Source: an uncultured bacterium (lineage in GTDB: Bacteria > Patescibacteriota > Minisyncoccia > Moranbacterales > UBA2206). Taken from it: 59,129 bases of DNA. Each line of letters opens with the position of its first letter. The stretch's first letter is position 1. The notes under the pieces were generated by a model that did no database searches, had not been told where the DNA came from, and saw only the letters and a list, made by a program, of their open reading frames with translations. Positions 1 to 8,716 of the stretch are shown piece by piece. The position numbers and the translations under genes were made by a program. The DNA lies in contig CAIKZD010000016.1 of the NCBI GenBank assembly GCA_903831805.1, positions 1 to 59,129 of the forward strand. The letters are read 5' to 3'.

Positions 1-143
1 ATACGACAAATTCATTAGATGGATTTTTTGGAAAAACAAAAACGCTCCTGCGAGTCCACAGAGGACTGACGCAAGAGCGCAGATACAAACTAATTCAAGA
101 AATTTTGGAAAAATAGCCTCCCGATTGTTTAATTAACCCAAAA

Positions 144-172
144 TTGACAAAAATACAAAAACCAGCTAGAGT
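144..172 (+). promoter_or_regulatory. Candidate sigma70-type promoter upstream of pnp
   Basis: TTGACA (144-149), 17-nt spacer, TAGAGT (167-172). This would give a ~140-nt leader before the pnp ATG. Confidence 0.35.
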
Positions 173-317
173 TCAAGCAATAAGCAATGTTAATTAATAA
201 CTAAATAAAGCCTTGCTTGAGCGTTGAGTAAGCTCAAATATTAGAGAATATAAGAATAATTTTATTTTCTAATTTTTGAATTTACTTTTAAGCGCGGAGG
301 CAAGTCTTTACATAAGC

Positions 318-2426
318 ATGCAAGAAAGTAAGAAATGGTCTCTCCAAATTGGAGGACGCATCCTGGAAGTGGAAACGGGCCTTTTGGCTGCGCAGGCTAA
401 CGGCGCTGTCACAGTGCGCTATGGCGATACGGTGGTTTTGGCGACCGCGGTAATGAGCAAAAATGCTTCTCGCATCAGTGGTTATTTCCCTTTGATGGTA
501 GATTTTGAAGAAAGATATTATGCTGCGGGAAAAATCAAAGGTTCTCGTTTTGTTAAGCGGGAAGGGCGCCCGAGCGATGATGCGATTCTTTCCGGCCGAG
601 CCGTGGACCGGACTATCCGTCCGCTTTTCAATCACCGCATGAGAAACGATGTGCAAGTGATTCTGACTGTCCTTTCCTATGACGGGGAGAATGATCCGGA
701 TACCTTGGCCATTATTGCTGCTTCAGCTGCTCTTTCCATTTCCAATATTCCTTGGGGCGGACCGGTGGCAGCGGTGCGCGTGGGCAGATTGAAAGGTGAC
801 TTGATTCTCAATCCGGTCAATGGAGAATTGACTGAGGGCGACCTGGATCTGTTGCTCAGTGGATCGGAAGACAAAATTAACATGGTTGAGTGCGGCTCCA
901 AGGAAGTCTCCGAAGAAGATATGGCTAAAGCTTTTGCCTTTGGACAAGAAGCCATCAAAAAAATCGCTGGTTTCATAGCGGAAATTCAAAAGGAGATTGG
1001 AAAAGAAAAAATGGCACCGGCGCTTGTGCAAGGAAGTAACGAATTTGAAGCTAAGATAAAAGAAATTATGTTGGCGGAAGGTTTGGCGGAAGCGCTGTAT
1101 GACAAAGACAAGAAAGTCATCGAAGAAAAAACGGCCGCGATCTTGGAAAAGGTGAATGAATATATTAAAGAAACTTTTCCGGCAGAAGTTGACAAACTCA
1201 AAGAAGTGGCGGGGATCGTGTTTGAAGAAGTATCTGATGGAATTGTGCACACTAATGTTTTGGAAAAAGAACAACGCCCGGATGGCCGCAAATTGAATGA
1301 AATCCGCCACATTGATTGTCGAGTGGGCATTTTGCCAAGAACGCATGGGACGGGACTATTTACGCGCGGAGAAACTCAAGCCCTGACTGTCACTACACTC
1401 GGCTCACCTGGGGACGAACAAGTCATTGATACTATGGAAGTGGATATGAAAAAAAGATATATCCATCTGTACAATTTTCCGCCTTTTTCCGTGGGCGAAG
1501 TGCGTCCGATGCGAGGTCCGGGCCGCCGCGAAGTGGGTCATGGGGCTCTGGCAGAAAAAGCGCTTATCCCAGTCTTGCCTTCCAAGGAAGAATTTCCTTA
1601 TACGATTCTTTTAGTCAGTGAAGTGTTGGCTTCTAATGGTTCTTCTTCTATGGCTTCCACTTGCGGCTCGACGCTTTCACTTATGGATGCCGGTGTGCCA
1701 ATCAAACGGCCTGTTTCCGGGATTGCTATGGGCATTATCGTGGGAAAAGATGATAAATTTAAAGTGTTGACCGATATCCAGGGATTGGAAGATCATTATG
1801 GCGATATGGACTTCAAGGTAGCCGGCACGGAAAAAGGTATCACAGCCCTGCAAATGGATGTGAAAGTGGACGGCGTGACCGTGGAGATGCTGGCTGCTGT
1901 TTTGGCTCAATCTCATGACAATCGCATGCAAATCTTGAAAAGCATCACTGATGTGATTCCGACCCATCGAGCTGAGATGAGCGAATATGCTCCACGTATC
2001 ATCGTGATGCACATCAATCCAGAAAAAATCAGGAATGTTATCGGTACTGGTGGAAAAATCATCAACGAAATCATTGATGAGACCGGAGTGCAGATTGACA
2101 TTGAAGATGATGGTTCCATTTTCATCACTTCCACTGACAAACAGTCTGCGCAAAAAGCACAAGAGTGGATTGAGAATCTGACCCATGAAGTCAAGGCGGG
2201 CGAAATTTTCAATGCTCGTGTCACGAAAATCATGGCCTTCGGAGCGTTTGCTGAAATTTTGCCGGGACAGGAAGGTTTGATCCATATTTCAGAAATTGCT
2301 GAACGGCGCATTGAAAAAGTCGAAGACGTTTTGAAGGTGGGCGATATTATTCCGGTCAAAGTGAAAGAAATTGACTCGCAAGGCAGGGTCAATTTGTCCG
2401 CCAAAGCGGCTGCTAAGGATGCTTAG
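318..2426 (+). CDS. pnp: Polyribonucleotide nucleotidyltransferase (PNPase)
   Basis: ORF 276..2426 has duplicated RNase PH-like halves plus KH and S1 regions (GEIFNARVTKIMAFGAFAEILPGQEGLIHISE). Start moved from TTG 276 to the first ATG at 318 (MQESKKW). Confidence 0.95.
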   Translation: MQESKKWSLQIGGRILEVETGLLAAQANGAVTVRYGDTVVLATAVMSKNASRISGYFPLMVDFEERYYAAGKIKGSRFVKREGRPSDDAILSGRAVDRTIRPLFNHRMRNDVQVILTVLSYDGENDPDTLAIIAASAALSISNIPWGGPVAAVRVGRLKGDLILNPVNGELTEGDLDLLLSGSEDKINMVECGSKEVSEEDMAKAFAFGQEAIKKIAGFIAEIQKEIGKEKMAPALVQGSNEFEAKIKEIMLAEGLAEALYDKDKKVIEEKTAAILEKVNEYIKETFPAEVDKLKEVAGIVFEEVSDGIVHTNVLEKEQRPDGRKLNEIRHIDCRVGILPRTHGTGLFTRGETQALTVTTLGSPGDEQVIDTMEVDMKKRYIHLYNFPPFSVGEVRPMRGPGRREVGHGALAEKALIPVLPSKEEFPYTILLVSEVLASNGSSSMASTCGSTLSLMDAGVPIKRPVSGIAMGIIVGKDDKFKVLTDIQGLEDHYGDMDFKVAGTEKGITALQMDVKVDGVTVEMLAAVLAQSHDNRMQILKSITDVIPTHRAEMSEYAPRIIVMHINPEKIRNVIGTGGKIINEIIDETGVQIDIEDDGSIFITSTDKQSAQKAQEWIENLTHEVKAGEIFNARVTKIMAFGAFAEILPGQEGLIHISEIAERRIEKVEDVLKVGDIIPVKVKEIDSQGRVNLSAKAAAKDA

Positions 2427-2464
2427 GATTTATCCTATAGCCAAAAATTGAATTTCATTGTAAA

Positions 2465-2500
2465 ATAGAAGTATCAGTCATTGATACTTCTATTTTTTTA
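2465..2500 (+). terminator. Rho-independent terminator after pnp
   Basis: 12-bp perfect stem ATAGAAGTATCA / TGATACTTCTAT with loop GTCAT, followed by a T7 run. Confidence 0.7.
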
Positions 2501-2512
2501 AAGAATAAAAAA

Positions 2513-3592
2513 ATGCTTATAAAACAAAAAGAAAATCCTGAACTGCCAATTGTTTCAGATCCGGCGCAGGCCAAGCTGGCATTGGATAAAACGGGAACAA
2601 ATATAGATATGACTAATTTTCCTGTTCATACTATGCGGGATGACCTTAAGAACCTTGATTTAGGCGGCCAAGAGAAGGTTCCTGCTCCTGCTCCTGTTTT
2701 CATGCCCACGCCCACGCCCACGCCCACGCCCATCTCCACTCCCACTTCGTCGCAAGGCTCATCCTTCCAACAATCTATTGTAATGGAAAAGAAAAAAGAA
2801 AGTTCCGCAGGCGGGAAAGGAGTTTTTATCCTGGCGCTGATACTGGTGCTTGTTATGTTGGCCGGGGGAGGATATTATTTTTGGATGACGCGTTTAAAAA
2901 ACACGTCAGATGATACTGTGGCCATAGAAACTACCAGTCCTGCCGACCAAAATCCTATCAGAACTTCACAAACAGGCGCTGGAGGTGCTGATAACGCTAC
3001 TCTGCCCGCCTTTTCAGAAAGTCAAGCTAACTATTTGAGCATTGATATGCAAAACACAGACGCGCTTGGCTTGCAAGCAACTTTGAAAAAAACTGCCGAC
3101 AGTGTTGTCCAGCTAAACGCGACCGGACCGATAGAATTTATTCTGACGGACAAAAACAATAATCCAATTTCTTTTCAGGACTTTGCGCAAAAAATTAGTT
3201 TGACCCTACCAGAAAATGTTCTGACACAACTAAATCCAACTTTCAGTCTCTATATATACGCCAATAATGCTCAGCCGCGCCTCGGTCTTGCTCTGGCTGA
3301 AAAAAACAATGCCAGTCTTAAGGCGGCCATGACCCAAGAAGAAAAAAAATTGACGCATGATTTCGCCGCGCTTTTTCTAGATCCTGCTTATCAACTAGAC
3401 AATACCACTGTTCTTAAGTCTTCTGTATATAATAGTAATCAGATCCGCTATGTGAACATTCCCGGTGCGACCAATCTTTCTCTTGACTACACTTTTACTA
3501 ACAATCAACAACTCATTATTGGTACTAGCAGAATGACTACCCGAGCTATCTTGGATTATATCGACAAAACCGTCACGCAAAGTGCTAAATAA
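2513..3592 (+). CDS. Hypothetical single-pass membrane protein with (PT)n linker
   Basis: 359-aa ORF with PTPTPTPTP encoded by (CCCACG)x4 at 2705..2728. One hydrophobic span (VFILALILVLVMLAGGGYYFW) precedes a ~230-aa extracytoplasmic region. No family recognised. Confidence 0.65.
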   Translation: MLIKQKENPELPIVSDPAQAKLALDKTGTNIDMTNFPVHTMRDDLKNLDLGGQEKVPAPAPVFMPTPTPTPTPISTPTSSQGSSFQQSIVMEKKKESSAGGKGVFILALILVLVMLAGGGYYFWMTRLKNTSDDTVAIETTSPADQNPIRTSQTGAGGADNATLPAFSESQANYLSIDMQNTDALGLQATLKKTADSVVQLNATGPIEFILTDKNNNPISFQDFAQKISLTLPENVLTQLNPTFSLYIYANNAQPRLGLALAEKNNASLKAAMTQEEKKLTHDFAALFLDPAYQLDNTTVLKSSVYNSNQIRYVNIPGATNLSLDYTFTNNQQLIIGTSRMTTRAILDYIDKTVTQSAK

Positions 3593-3759
3593 TTTTGATA
3601 AACTGTGGATAACTCGGAGAAAAATGGGTTCAAGAGGGCTTTATTGAGAAAGAAAATTACTTTTTGTTTTTCTCTCTAAAAAGTAATTTCAATCTTTTTT
3701 CGTAACTAATGTCAAAAAGAGATTTTTGCTAAGGAATAGTAGCCGGAATAAAACTAAAA

Positions 3760-3788
3760 TTGACTTTTGTCTAATTTCTTGCTATAAT
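3760..3788 (+). promoter_or_regulatory. Consensus-like sigma70 promoter with no downstream ORF
   Basis: TTGACT (3760-3765), exactly 17 nt, TATAAT (3783-3788). The next annotated CDS on this strand starts ~770 nt downstream. Confidence 0.5.
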
Positions 3789-3835
3789 TGAATTACTAAG
3801 AACATTAAAAACTTTTCATACCACGGCAGAATAAT

Positions 3836-3890
3836 TTTCAATCGCAATTTCCCCCTATTTGCGATTGAAAATTATTCTGCTGTCCAAGTA
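3836..3890. repeat. Perfect 22-bp hairpin (inverted repeat)
   Basis: GCAGAATAATTTTCAATCGCAA (3836-3857) and its exact reverse complement (3869-3890), separated by an 11-nt loop TTTCCCCCTAT. Confidence 0.9.
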
Positions 3891-4369
3891 TTATTGCCAA
3901 CGTGCAATAGTCGCCTTCGATTTCTGACCGAAGGACCTCAAAATAAAAACAAAAATGGGATATTCAAAAAATTTGAGTAAACCCAAAAAACTTTTTTAAA
4001 CAAAAACAAAAAATAAAAAAGTAAGTTCTTTAAATTTAAAAGGCTAATATGCCAGAGGATGGTAGAAGAAACGACGCTTAAATAAAGTCAGAATAAGCAT
4101 CAAACACAAAAGTCGTACATAAAATACACTGGATCTATAATTGTTGAAATAGTATATCCGATAGAGAAAATAATCTTGAAACATTGTTTTTTCCATCGGA
4201 TATACATAACCGCCTCTCACCCGGGCTAGGCAATTTCCGACCACAGCGTTAGTATGACAAAACGCCGTGGGCGTTCCGCCTATAATTTTTCTTTATCGGG
4301 CGCTTGAACGCCCATGGTTTCCAACCTGAAATTTATTTTAGAATGGCCATGGAGGCTGTTTTTTGTTAC

Positions 4370-4556
4370 CTTTACGAATTACGAATTTTGTACGAATATA
4401 ATAATGCATATCAAATGAGATAGTGCTAGCAAACATTGGAGACTAAGCCTCCAAAAGGGAGGCTTAGTCTCTTGAAGTCGGAACTAATTTAGTTAATTTA
4501 GTGTGATTATGTTTTCTGGAATTAGTATATTAGTATTTAATTAGTAATTAGTAAAG
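4370..4556. repeat. Imperfect palindromic MITE-like element with inner 14-bp hairpin
   Basis: Arms CTTTACGAATTACGAATT (4370-4387) and AATTAGTAATTAGTAAAG (4539-4556) are 16/18 complementary. Inner perfect hairpin GAGACTAAGCCTCC/GGAGGCTTAGTCTC lies at 4439..4471. The same arm family recurs at 49509..49630. Confidence 0.7.
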
Positions 4557-4561
4557 AATTT

Positions 4562-4939
4562 ATGGTTACACTTAAACGAAACTTTGGCGATCTGGGAGAA
4601 AAATTGGCCGTCAAATATCTTACCAATAAAAGTTATCAGATTCTGGACACGAATTTTCAGAACGCGCTCGGCCGGCGATTGGGAGAAATTGATATTATCG
4701 CGCGCGATAGAGAGGAACTGGTTTTTGTGGAGGTGAAGACGCGCGAGATGAAAAAATATGCCGAAACTTTGCCGGAAGAAAACATCACTCCCATGAAACT
4801 CCGGCGGATGGCCAAAATCGCCGAGGCTTATATACGCCTCAATCACTTGGATCACTTGGATTATCGTTTTGACGCCATCTCGGTCTGGCTTGACTACGAG
4901 TCAAAAAAGGCTAAAATAAAACACATAAAGAGCTTATAA
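4562..4939 (+). CDS. yraN: YraN-family (UPF0102) endonuclease-like protein
   Basis: 125 aa with the characteristic GEIDIIARD...LVFVEVKTR core. Confidence 0.85.
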   Translation: MVTLKRNFGDLGEKLAVKYLTNKSYQILDTNFQNALGRRLGEIDIIARDREELVFVEVKTREMKKYAETLPEENITPMKLRRMAKIAEAYIRLNHLDHLDYRFDAISVWLDYESKKAKIKHIKSL

Positions 4940-5016
4940 ATGGCTGATAGACAATGCACCATTTGTTTGCTAAGATTGTAGTATAAGTTGGAAAATTATT
5001 AAGCTTTGGAAAAAAT

Positions 5017-5370
5017 ATGGCTATCGACAAAAAAATCATGGAAGAGCTGAAAGCCGAGCTGCTTAAGGAAAAGGCGGAATTGGAAAGCAATCTGGGAAAA
5101 ATTGCGCGCCCAATTGATAAGCAAGAAGGCGATTACGAAACTTCCTTTGAAGAGCTTGGCACGGATAAGGATGACAACGCCACGGAAGTGGATCAATACA
5201 CTCAGAATCTATCAGTGGAAAATACACTGGAAAAGAAATTGCAGGTCATTTTGGAAGCGCTCGAAAAAATGGAGAAGGGGACTTATGGATTTTGTGAAAA
5301 TTGTCAGAAGGAAATCCCACTTGATCGCTTGCGCGCCAATCCAAGTGCCAAAACTTGCATCACTTGCTAG
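5017..5370 (+). CDS. DksA/TraR-family C4 zinc-finger protein
   Basis: 117 aa with an N-terminal coiled coil and a C-terminal CxxC-x17-CxxC (CENCQKEIPLDRLRANPSAKTCITC). Confidence 0.85.
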   Translation: MAIDKKIMEELKAELLKEKAELESNLGKIARPIDKQEGDYETSFEELGTDKDDNATEVDQYTQNLSVENTLEKKLQVILEALEKMEKGTYGFCENCQKEIPLDRLRANPSAKTCITC

Positions 5371-5406
5371 GGTCTCTACAAATTACGAATTTATACAAAT
5401 ATACGA

Positions 5407-5823
5407 ATGTACGAATCAAGCTCAAAAAGCAAAAGATTTTATTTCTTCGTGATTGGGACATTGCTTATCTTCCTTGACCAGTTTATAAAATATAAAATCC
5501 GCACCATGGGCGGATTTTATATTTGCAATCATAATATTGCATTTAGTTTAAGTGTTTATCCTTGGTTGTTTTGGATAATTTGGCTTATTATGATCGGTCT
5601 CGTGGTTATTTTTTTGTATAAAAAAGCTCATAACCGATATGCTTTTTGGTTGACACTTATTTTAGCCGGCGCCGTAGCCAATGTTTTGGACAGGATTTTT
5701 TTAGGCTGTGTTATAGATTTCATCGATTTAAAATTCTGGCCGGTCTTCAATTTAGCCGATATTTATATTACAATAGGAGTATCAGTCATTATGGTAAACA
5801 TGTTACGTAGCAATAAGTTATAA
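5407..5823 (+). CDS. lspA: Lipoprotein signal peptidase (signal peptidase II)
   Basis: 138 aa with four hydrophobic spans, the LDQFIK N-terminal motif and the catalytic-region motif FNLADIYITIG. Confidence 0.85.
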   Translation: MYESSSKSKRFYFFVIGTLLIFLDQFIKYKIRTMGGFYICNHNIAFSLSVYPWLFWIIWLIMIGLVVIFLYKKAHNRYAFWLTLILAGAVANVLDRIFLGCVIDFIDLKFWPVFNLADIYITIGVSVIMVNMLRSNKL

Positions 5824-5914
5824 TAATTTTCAATTTTCAAACCTTCAATTTTCAACCAATGATAAATTTTCAATTTTAAAATTATTTAATTGAAAATTTA
5901 TTGAAAATTGATTA
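5824..5914. repeat. AT-rich palindromic intergenic element (TTCAATTTTCAA family)
   Basis: TTCAATTTTCAACCAATGATAAAT (5844-5867) is followed by inverted AATTGAAAATTTAT / TTGAAAATTG segments. A related copy lies at 7466..7581. Confidence 0.7.
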
Positions 5915-7465
5915 TTGATTATTGAAAATTCTACCCCTTTGTCTTCTAAAGTTTTTTCTGCTACTACCTTTGGCCTAAAAAGCGAGTTGGTTGAAGTGGA
6001 AGCGGATACGGTTAGCGCCGGACTGCATCATTTTAATATTGTGGGGTTGCCTGATATGGCGGTTAAGGAATCCAAGGACCGCGTGGGCGCGGCGATTCGT
6101 AATTCCGGCTTCAAACCGCCGCATCGGGCTGGGCGTGTGACGGTGAATTTGGCACCAGCGGATCTCAAAAAAGAAGGTCCGATTTATGACTTACCAATTG
6201 CCTTGGGCTTTCTTTTGACTACTAAGCAAATATCCTTTAATTTCGAAGGTAAGATGTTTTTAGGCGAGTTGTCATTGGACGGCCAAGTAAGAAGTGTGAA
6301 AGGGGTGTTACCGATGGCCATCTTGGCTAAGGAAAAAGGTATTGGCGAACTATATGTGCCAGCAGACAATGTGGCGGAAGCGGCCGTTATTGAGCATATT
6401 CAAGTTTTTCCGGTTAAGACGCTGGCGGAAGTCATTGGACACTTGAGTGGAGACAATCAGATTCCAGCGGCGGAAAAAATCGATTTGGAAAAACTTTTTG
6501 CTTATGATGATTATGTGACCGATATGGCGTATGTCAAAGGACAAGAGCACGCTAAGCGCGCCCTGGAAATTGCAGCCGCTGGCGGACACAATGTTATTTT
6601 GAATGGCCCGCCTGGCAGTGGGAAAACGTTGCTCGCCAAAGCCATGACTTCTATTTTGCCTCGCCTCACGATTGCGGAAGCCTTGGAAGTGACTAAGATT
6701 TTTTCCATTGCCGGACAATTGCCCAGAAATGCTTCGCTCATCACTAAGCGCCAGTTTCGTTCGCCTCATCACAGTGCGTCAGCGGTCTCTTTGGTCGGGG
6801 GCGGAACCTATCCACGTCCCGGGGAAATCAGTTTGTCGCATCGGGGGGTTCTTTTTCTGGATGAATTTCCGGAATTTTCCCGAGCCGTCCTGGAAAATCT
6901 GCGCCAACCCTTGGAAGATGGCGTTATTACCATCTCACGCGCACAAGGCACCTTGGAGTTTCCGGCACGCTTTACCCTGGTAGCTGCGATGAATCCATGT
7001 CCTTGCGGCAATGCCACTGATCCGGAAAGGACTTGCACTTGCTCTCCGGCCGGGATCATAAAATATCAACAAAGAATTTCCGGGCCGATTTTGGACCGCA
7101 TCGATCTGCATGTGGAAGTGCCGCGCATCAAATTTGAAAAACTTTCCCAAGAATCCGCTTCCGAAAAATCGGCGGATATTCGTGAGCGCGTTGAAAAAGC
7201 ACGACACATTCAACGTGAAAGATTTTCCAATACGACCACCATTTCCAACAGCGAAATGGAAAGTGAACAAATCAAAAGTTTTTGTGCGCTTGACCAGGGC
7301 TCTACTGATTTGATGCGCAGCGCTGTTTCCAATTTCCATCTTTCCGGCCGCGCCTATTTCCGCATCATTAAGGTAGCGCGCACCATCGCTGATTTGGCGG
7401 GAGCTACCAATATTACGCCAGCGCATATCGCCGAAGCGGTGCAATATCGTTTTAAAGCGGAGTAA
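5915..7465 (+). CDS. comM: YifB/ComM-family Mg-chelatase-like ATPase
   Basis: 516 aa with a Lon-protease-like N-domain, Walker A GPPGSGKT, Walker B LFLDEF and the conserved C-terminal region. The ORF-track start is TTG, so the exact start is uncertain. Confidence 0.9.
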   Translation: MIIENSTPLSSKVFSATTFGLKSELVEVEADTVSAGLHHFNIVGLPDMAVKESKDRVGAAIRNSGFKPPHRAGRVTVNLAPADLKKEGPIYDLPIALGFLLTTKQISFNFEGKMFLGELSLDGQVRSVKGVLPMAILAKEKGIGELYVPADNVAEAAVIEHIQVFPVKTLAEVIGHLSGDNQIPAAEKIDLEKLFAYDDYVTDMAYVKGQEHAKRALEIAAAGGHNVILNGPPGSGKTLLAKAMTSILPRLTIAEALEVTKIFSIAGQLPRNASLITKRQFRSPHHSASAVSLVGGGTYPRPGEISLSHRGVLFLDEFPEFSRAVLENLRQPLEDGVITISRAQGTLEFPARFTLVAAMNPCPCGNATDPERTCTCSPAGIIKYQQRISGPILDRIDLHVEVPRIKFEKLSQESASEKSADIRERVEKARHIQRERFSNTTTISNSEMESEQIKSFCALDQGSTDLMRSAVSNFHLSGRAYFRIIKVARTIADLAGATNITPAHIAEAVQYRFKAE

Positions 7466-7581
7466 TACAAAAAATTATCAATATTCAATTTTCAATCAAT
7501 GATCAATAACTAAATGTTCAATTGATTATTATAACATTGAAAATTCATTGAATATTGTAAATTGGTTATTGAAAATTTTAA
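7466..7581. repeat. AT-rich palindromic intergenic element (TTCAATTTTCAA family)
   Basis: TTCAATTTTCAATCAATGATCAAT (7484-7507) is 22/24 identical to 5844-5867. Inverted CATTGAAAATTCATTGAATATTG segments lie downstream. Confidence 0.7.
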
Positions 7582-8544
7582 ATGATCCTACTCAAAAAAG
7601 ACAAGCTCTATTATACGCTTTTTATCATAATCGGACTCACTCTCTGTTCTTTTAAGGTTTTGGCTTTTTTTTCCGATCCGGTAAAAAATATAAATTTTGA
7701 AAATGTCGCTAAATCCATTACGCTTAATGATGATGGGTTTAATTTTAGAATTTCTACCACCGCCAACACTGTTTCCGATTTAATCAAAGAACAAAAAATA
7801 AATTTAAACGAGCACGATAGGATCACGCCGGATATGGAGAGTAGAATTTATGCCGGTGCTCACATTGAAATTCAAAGAGCCACCAAAATTAAAATCACAG
7901 CAGACGGTCACACCGGTGAAAGTTATGTTTTGGGAAAAACCGTACGCGACGCCCTGCATGAAAATCAAATCACCCTTTCGCGGCTGGATAAAACCGTTCC
8001 GGCTAGTGATACTCTCGTGCAAAATGATTTGCTTATCACTGTGACCAGGATAAACGTGGAAGAGGTGACCGCCAAAGAGTCGGTGTCCTTCAAGACAACT
8101 GTTAAAAACGATGCTAAGTTGGGCTGGCAAGAGAAAAAAATAGAAACACCCGGGCAGCCGGGTGAAAAAGAGGTTCGCTATAGAATAACTTACAAAAATG
8201 GCCAGGAAATTACCCGGATCACACTAAATTCAGCAATAACTCAAGCGCCGGCGGCTCAAGTAGAAGTGCATGGAACCTACATGCAACTTGGGAAAGCCAA
8301 TGCCGGCCAGGGCACTTGGTATTCCTATCAAGGCGGCCTATTTGCAGCCAGTACTACTATTCCGAAAGGCGCTTACGCTAAAGTGACCAACACCGCCAGT
8401 GGAAAATCAGTGGTGGTTCAGATCAATGATTATGGGCCGCAAGGCAAGGGCCGTGTCATTGATTTGGATAAGGTGGCCTTTACCAAGATTGCTCCTTTGG
8501 GCGCCGGCGTAATCGGCGTCAAAGTGGAGCCGATTCTGAATTAA
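7582..8544 (+). CDS. Secreted cell-wall-binding protein with G5-like region and RlpA-like double-psi beta-barrel
   Basis: 320 aa with an N-terminal hydrophobic anchor and a G5-like segment (PGEKEVRYRITYKNGQEITR). The C-terminus AKVTNTASGKSVVVQINDYGPQGKGRVIDLDKVAF is typical of RlpA/DPBB domains. Confidence 0.75.
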   Translation: MILLKKDKLYYTLFIIIGLTLCSFKVLAFFSDPVKNINFENVAKSITLNDDGFNFRISTTANTVSDLIKEQKINLNEHDRITPDMESRIYAGAHIEIQRATKIKITADGHTGESYVLGKTVRDALHENQITLSRLDKTVPASDTLVQNDLLITVTRINVEEVTAKESVSFKTTVKNDAKLGWQEKKIETPGQPGEKEVRYRITYKNGQEITRITLNSAITQAPAAQVEVHGTYMQLGKANAGQGTWYSYQGGLFAASTTIPKGAYAKVTNTASGKSVVVQINDYGPQGKGRVIDLDKVAFTKIAPLGAGVIGVKVEPILN

Positions 8545-8547
8545 TCT

Positions 8548-8680
8548 AGGACTTACGCGCTTGCCTCAAATTCTTATAAATCGTCTACCCTGAATCGGTT
8601 AGTCGACTGCCGGTCTACGCAGGCCTTATCTTGCTAAATAAGATGACCGTAAATAATTTTTCGGCAAGCGCGTAAGCCCT
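8548..8680. repeat. 133-nt long-hairpin (ERIC/MITE-like) element
   Basis: 18-nt arms AGGACTTACGCGCTTGCC (8548-8565) and GGCAAGCGCGTAAGCCCT (8663-8680) are 17/18 complementary. The central sequence TAGTCGACTGCCGG resembles the apices of the elements at 37790 and 39655. Confidence 0.75.
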
Positions 8681-8716
8681 GATTAGTATAAATTTTTTTA
8701 ACACTAACATAATTTT

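Noticed and set aside
3-113. Possible 3' end of a truncated upstream gene, frame 3, ending ...LRVHRGLTQERRYKLIQEILEK-stop.
   Set aside because: Only 37 codons are visible and no family is recognisable. It cannot be distinguished from chance open frame at the window edge.
276-317. Upstream alternative starts proposed by the ORF track. These are TTG 276 for pnp, 41125 for rluD, 42154 for rplS, 25300 for the propeller protein, 55523 for groES and 51912 for infB.
   Set aside because: In each case an in-frame ATG downstream gives an N-terminus matching the family or a signal peptide. The downstream ATG also avoids overlap with a tRNA or neighbouring gene. The upstream extensions have junk-like sequence.
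288-2404. Multiple 99-207-aa minus-strand ORFs inside pnp (288..656, 723..1346, 1677..2285, 1913..2404).
   Set aside because: These are shadow ORFs antisense to a confidently identified PNPase. The same reasoning applies to antisense or alternate-frame ORFs inside comM, the VirB6-like gene, virB4, fhs, folD, nrnA, infB and groEL.
3593-4561. RNase P RNA, tmRNA, SRP RNA or 6S RNA in the long non-coding region.
   Set aside because: On either strand I saw no GGAAAGTCCGGGC / ACAGAA..CCGGCTTA P4 signature, no tRNA-like GGTTCGA...CCA end, and no GGAAGCAGCC SRP helix-8 motif. The identity is left open.
5102-5452. A 116-aa ORF overlapping the DksA/TraR gene in another frame.
   Set aside because: It overlaps a well-supported zinc-finger CDS and the lspA start. 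Its basic, low-complexity translation is typical of an off-frame read.
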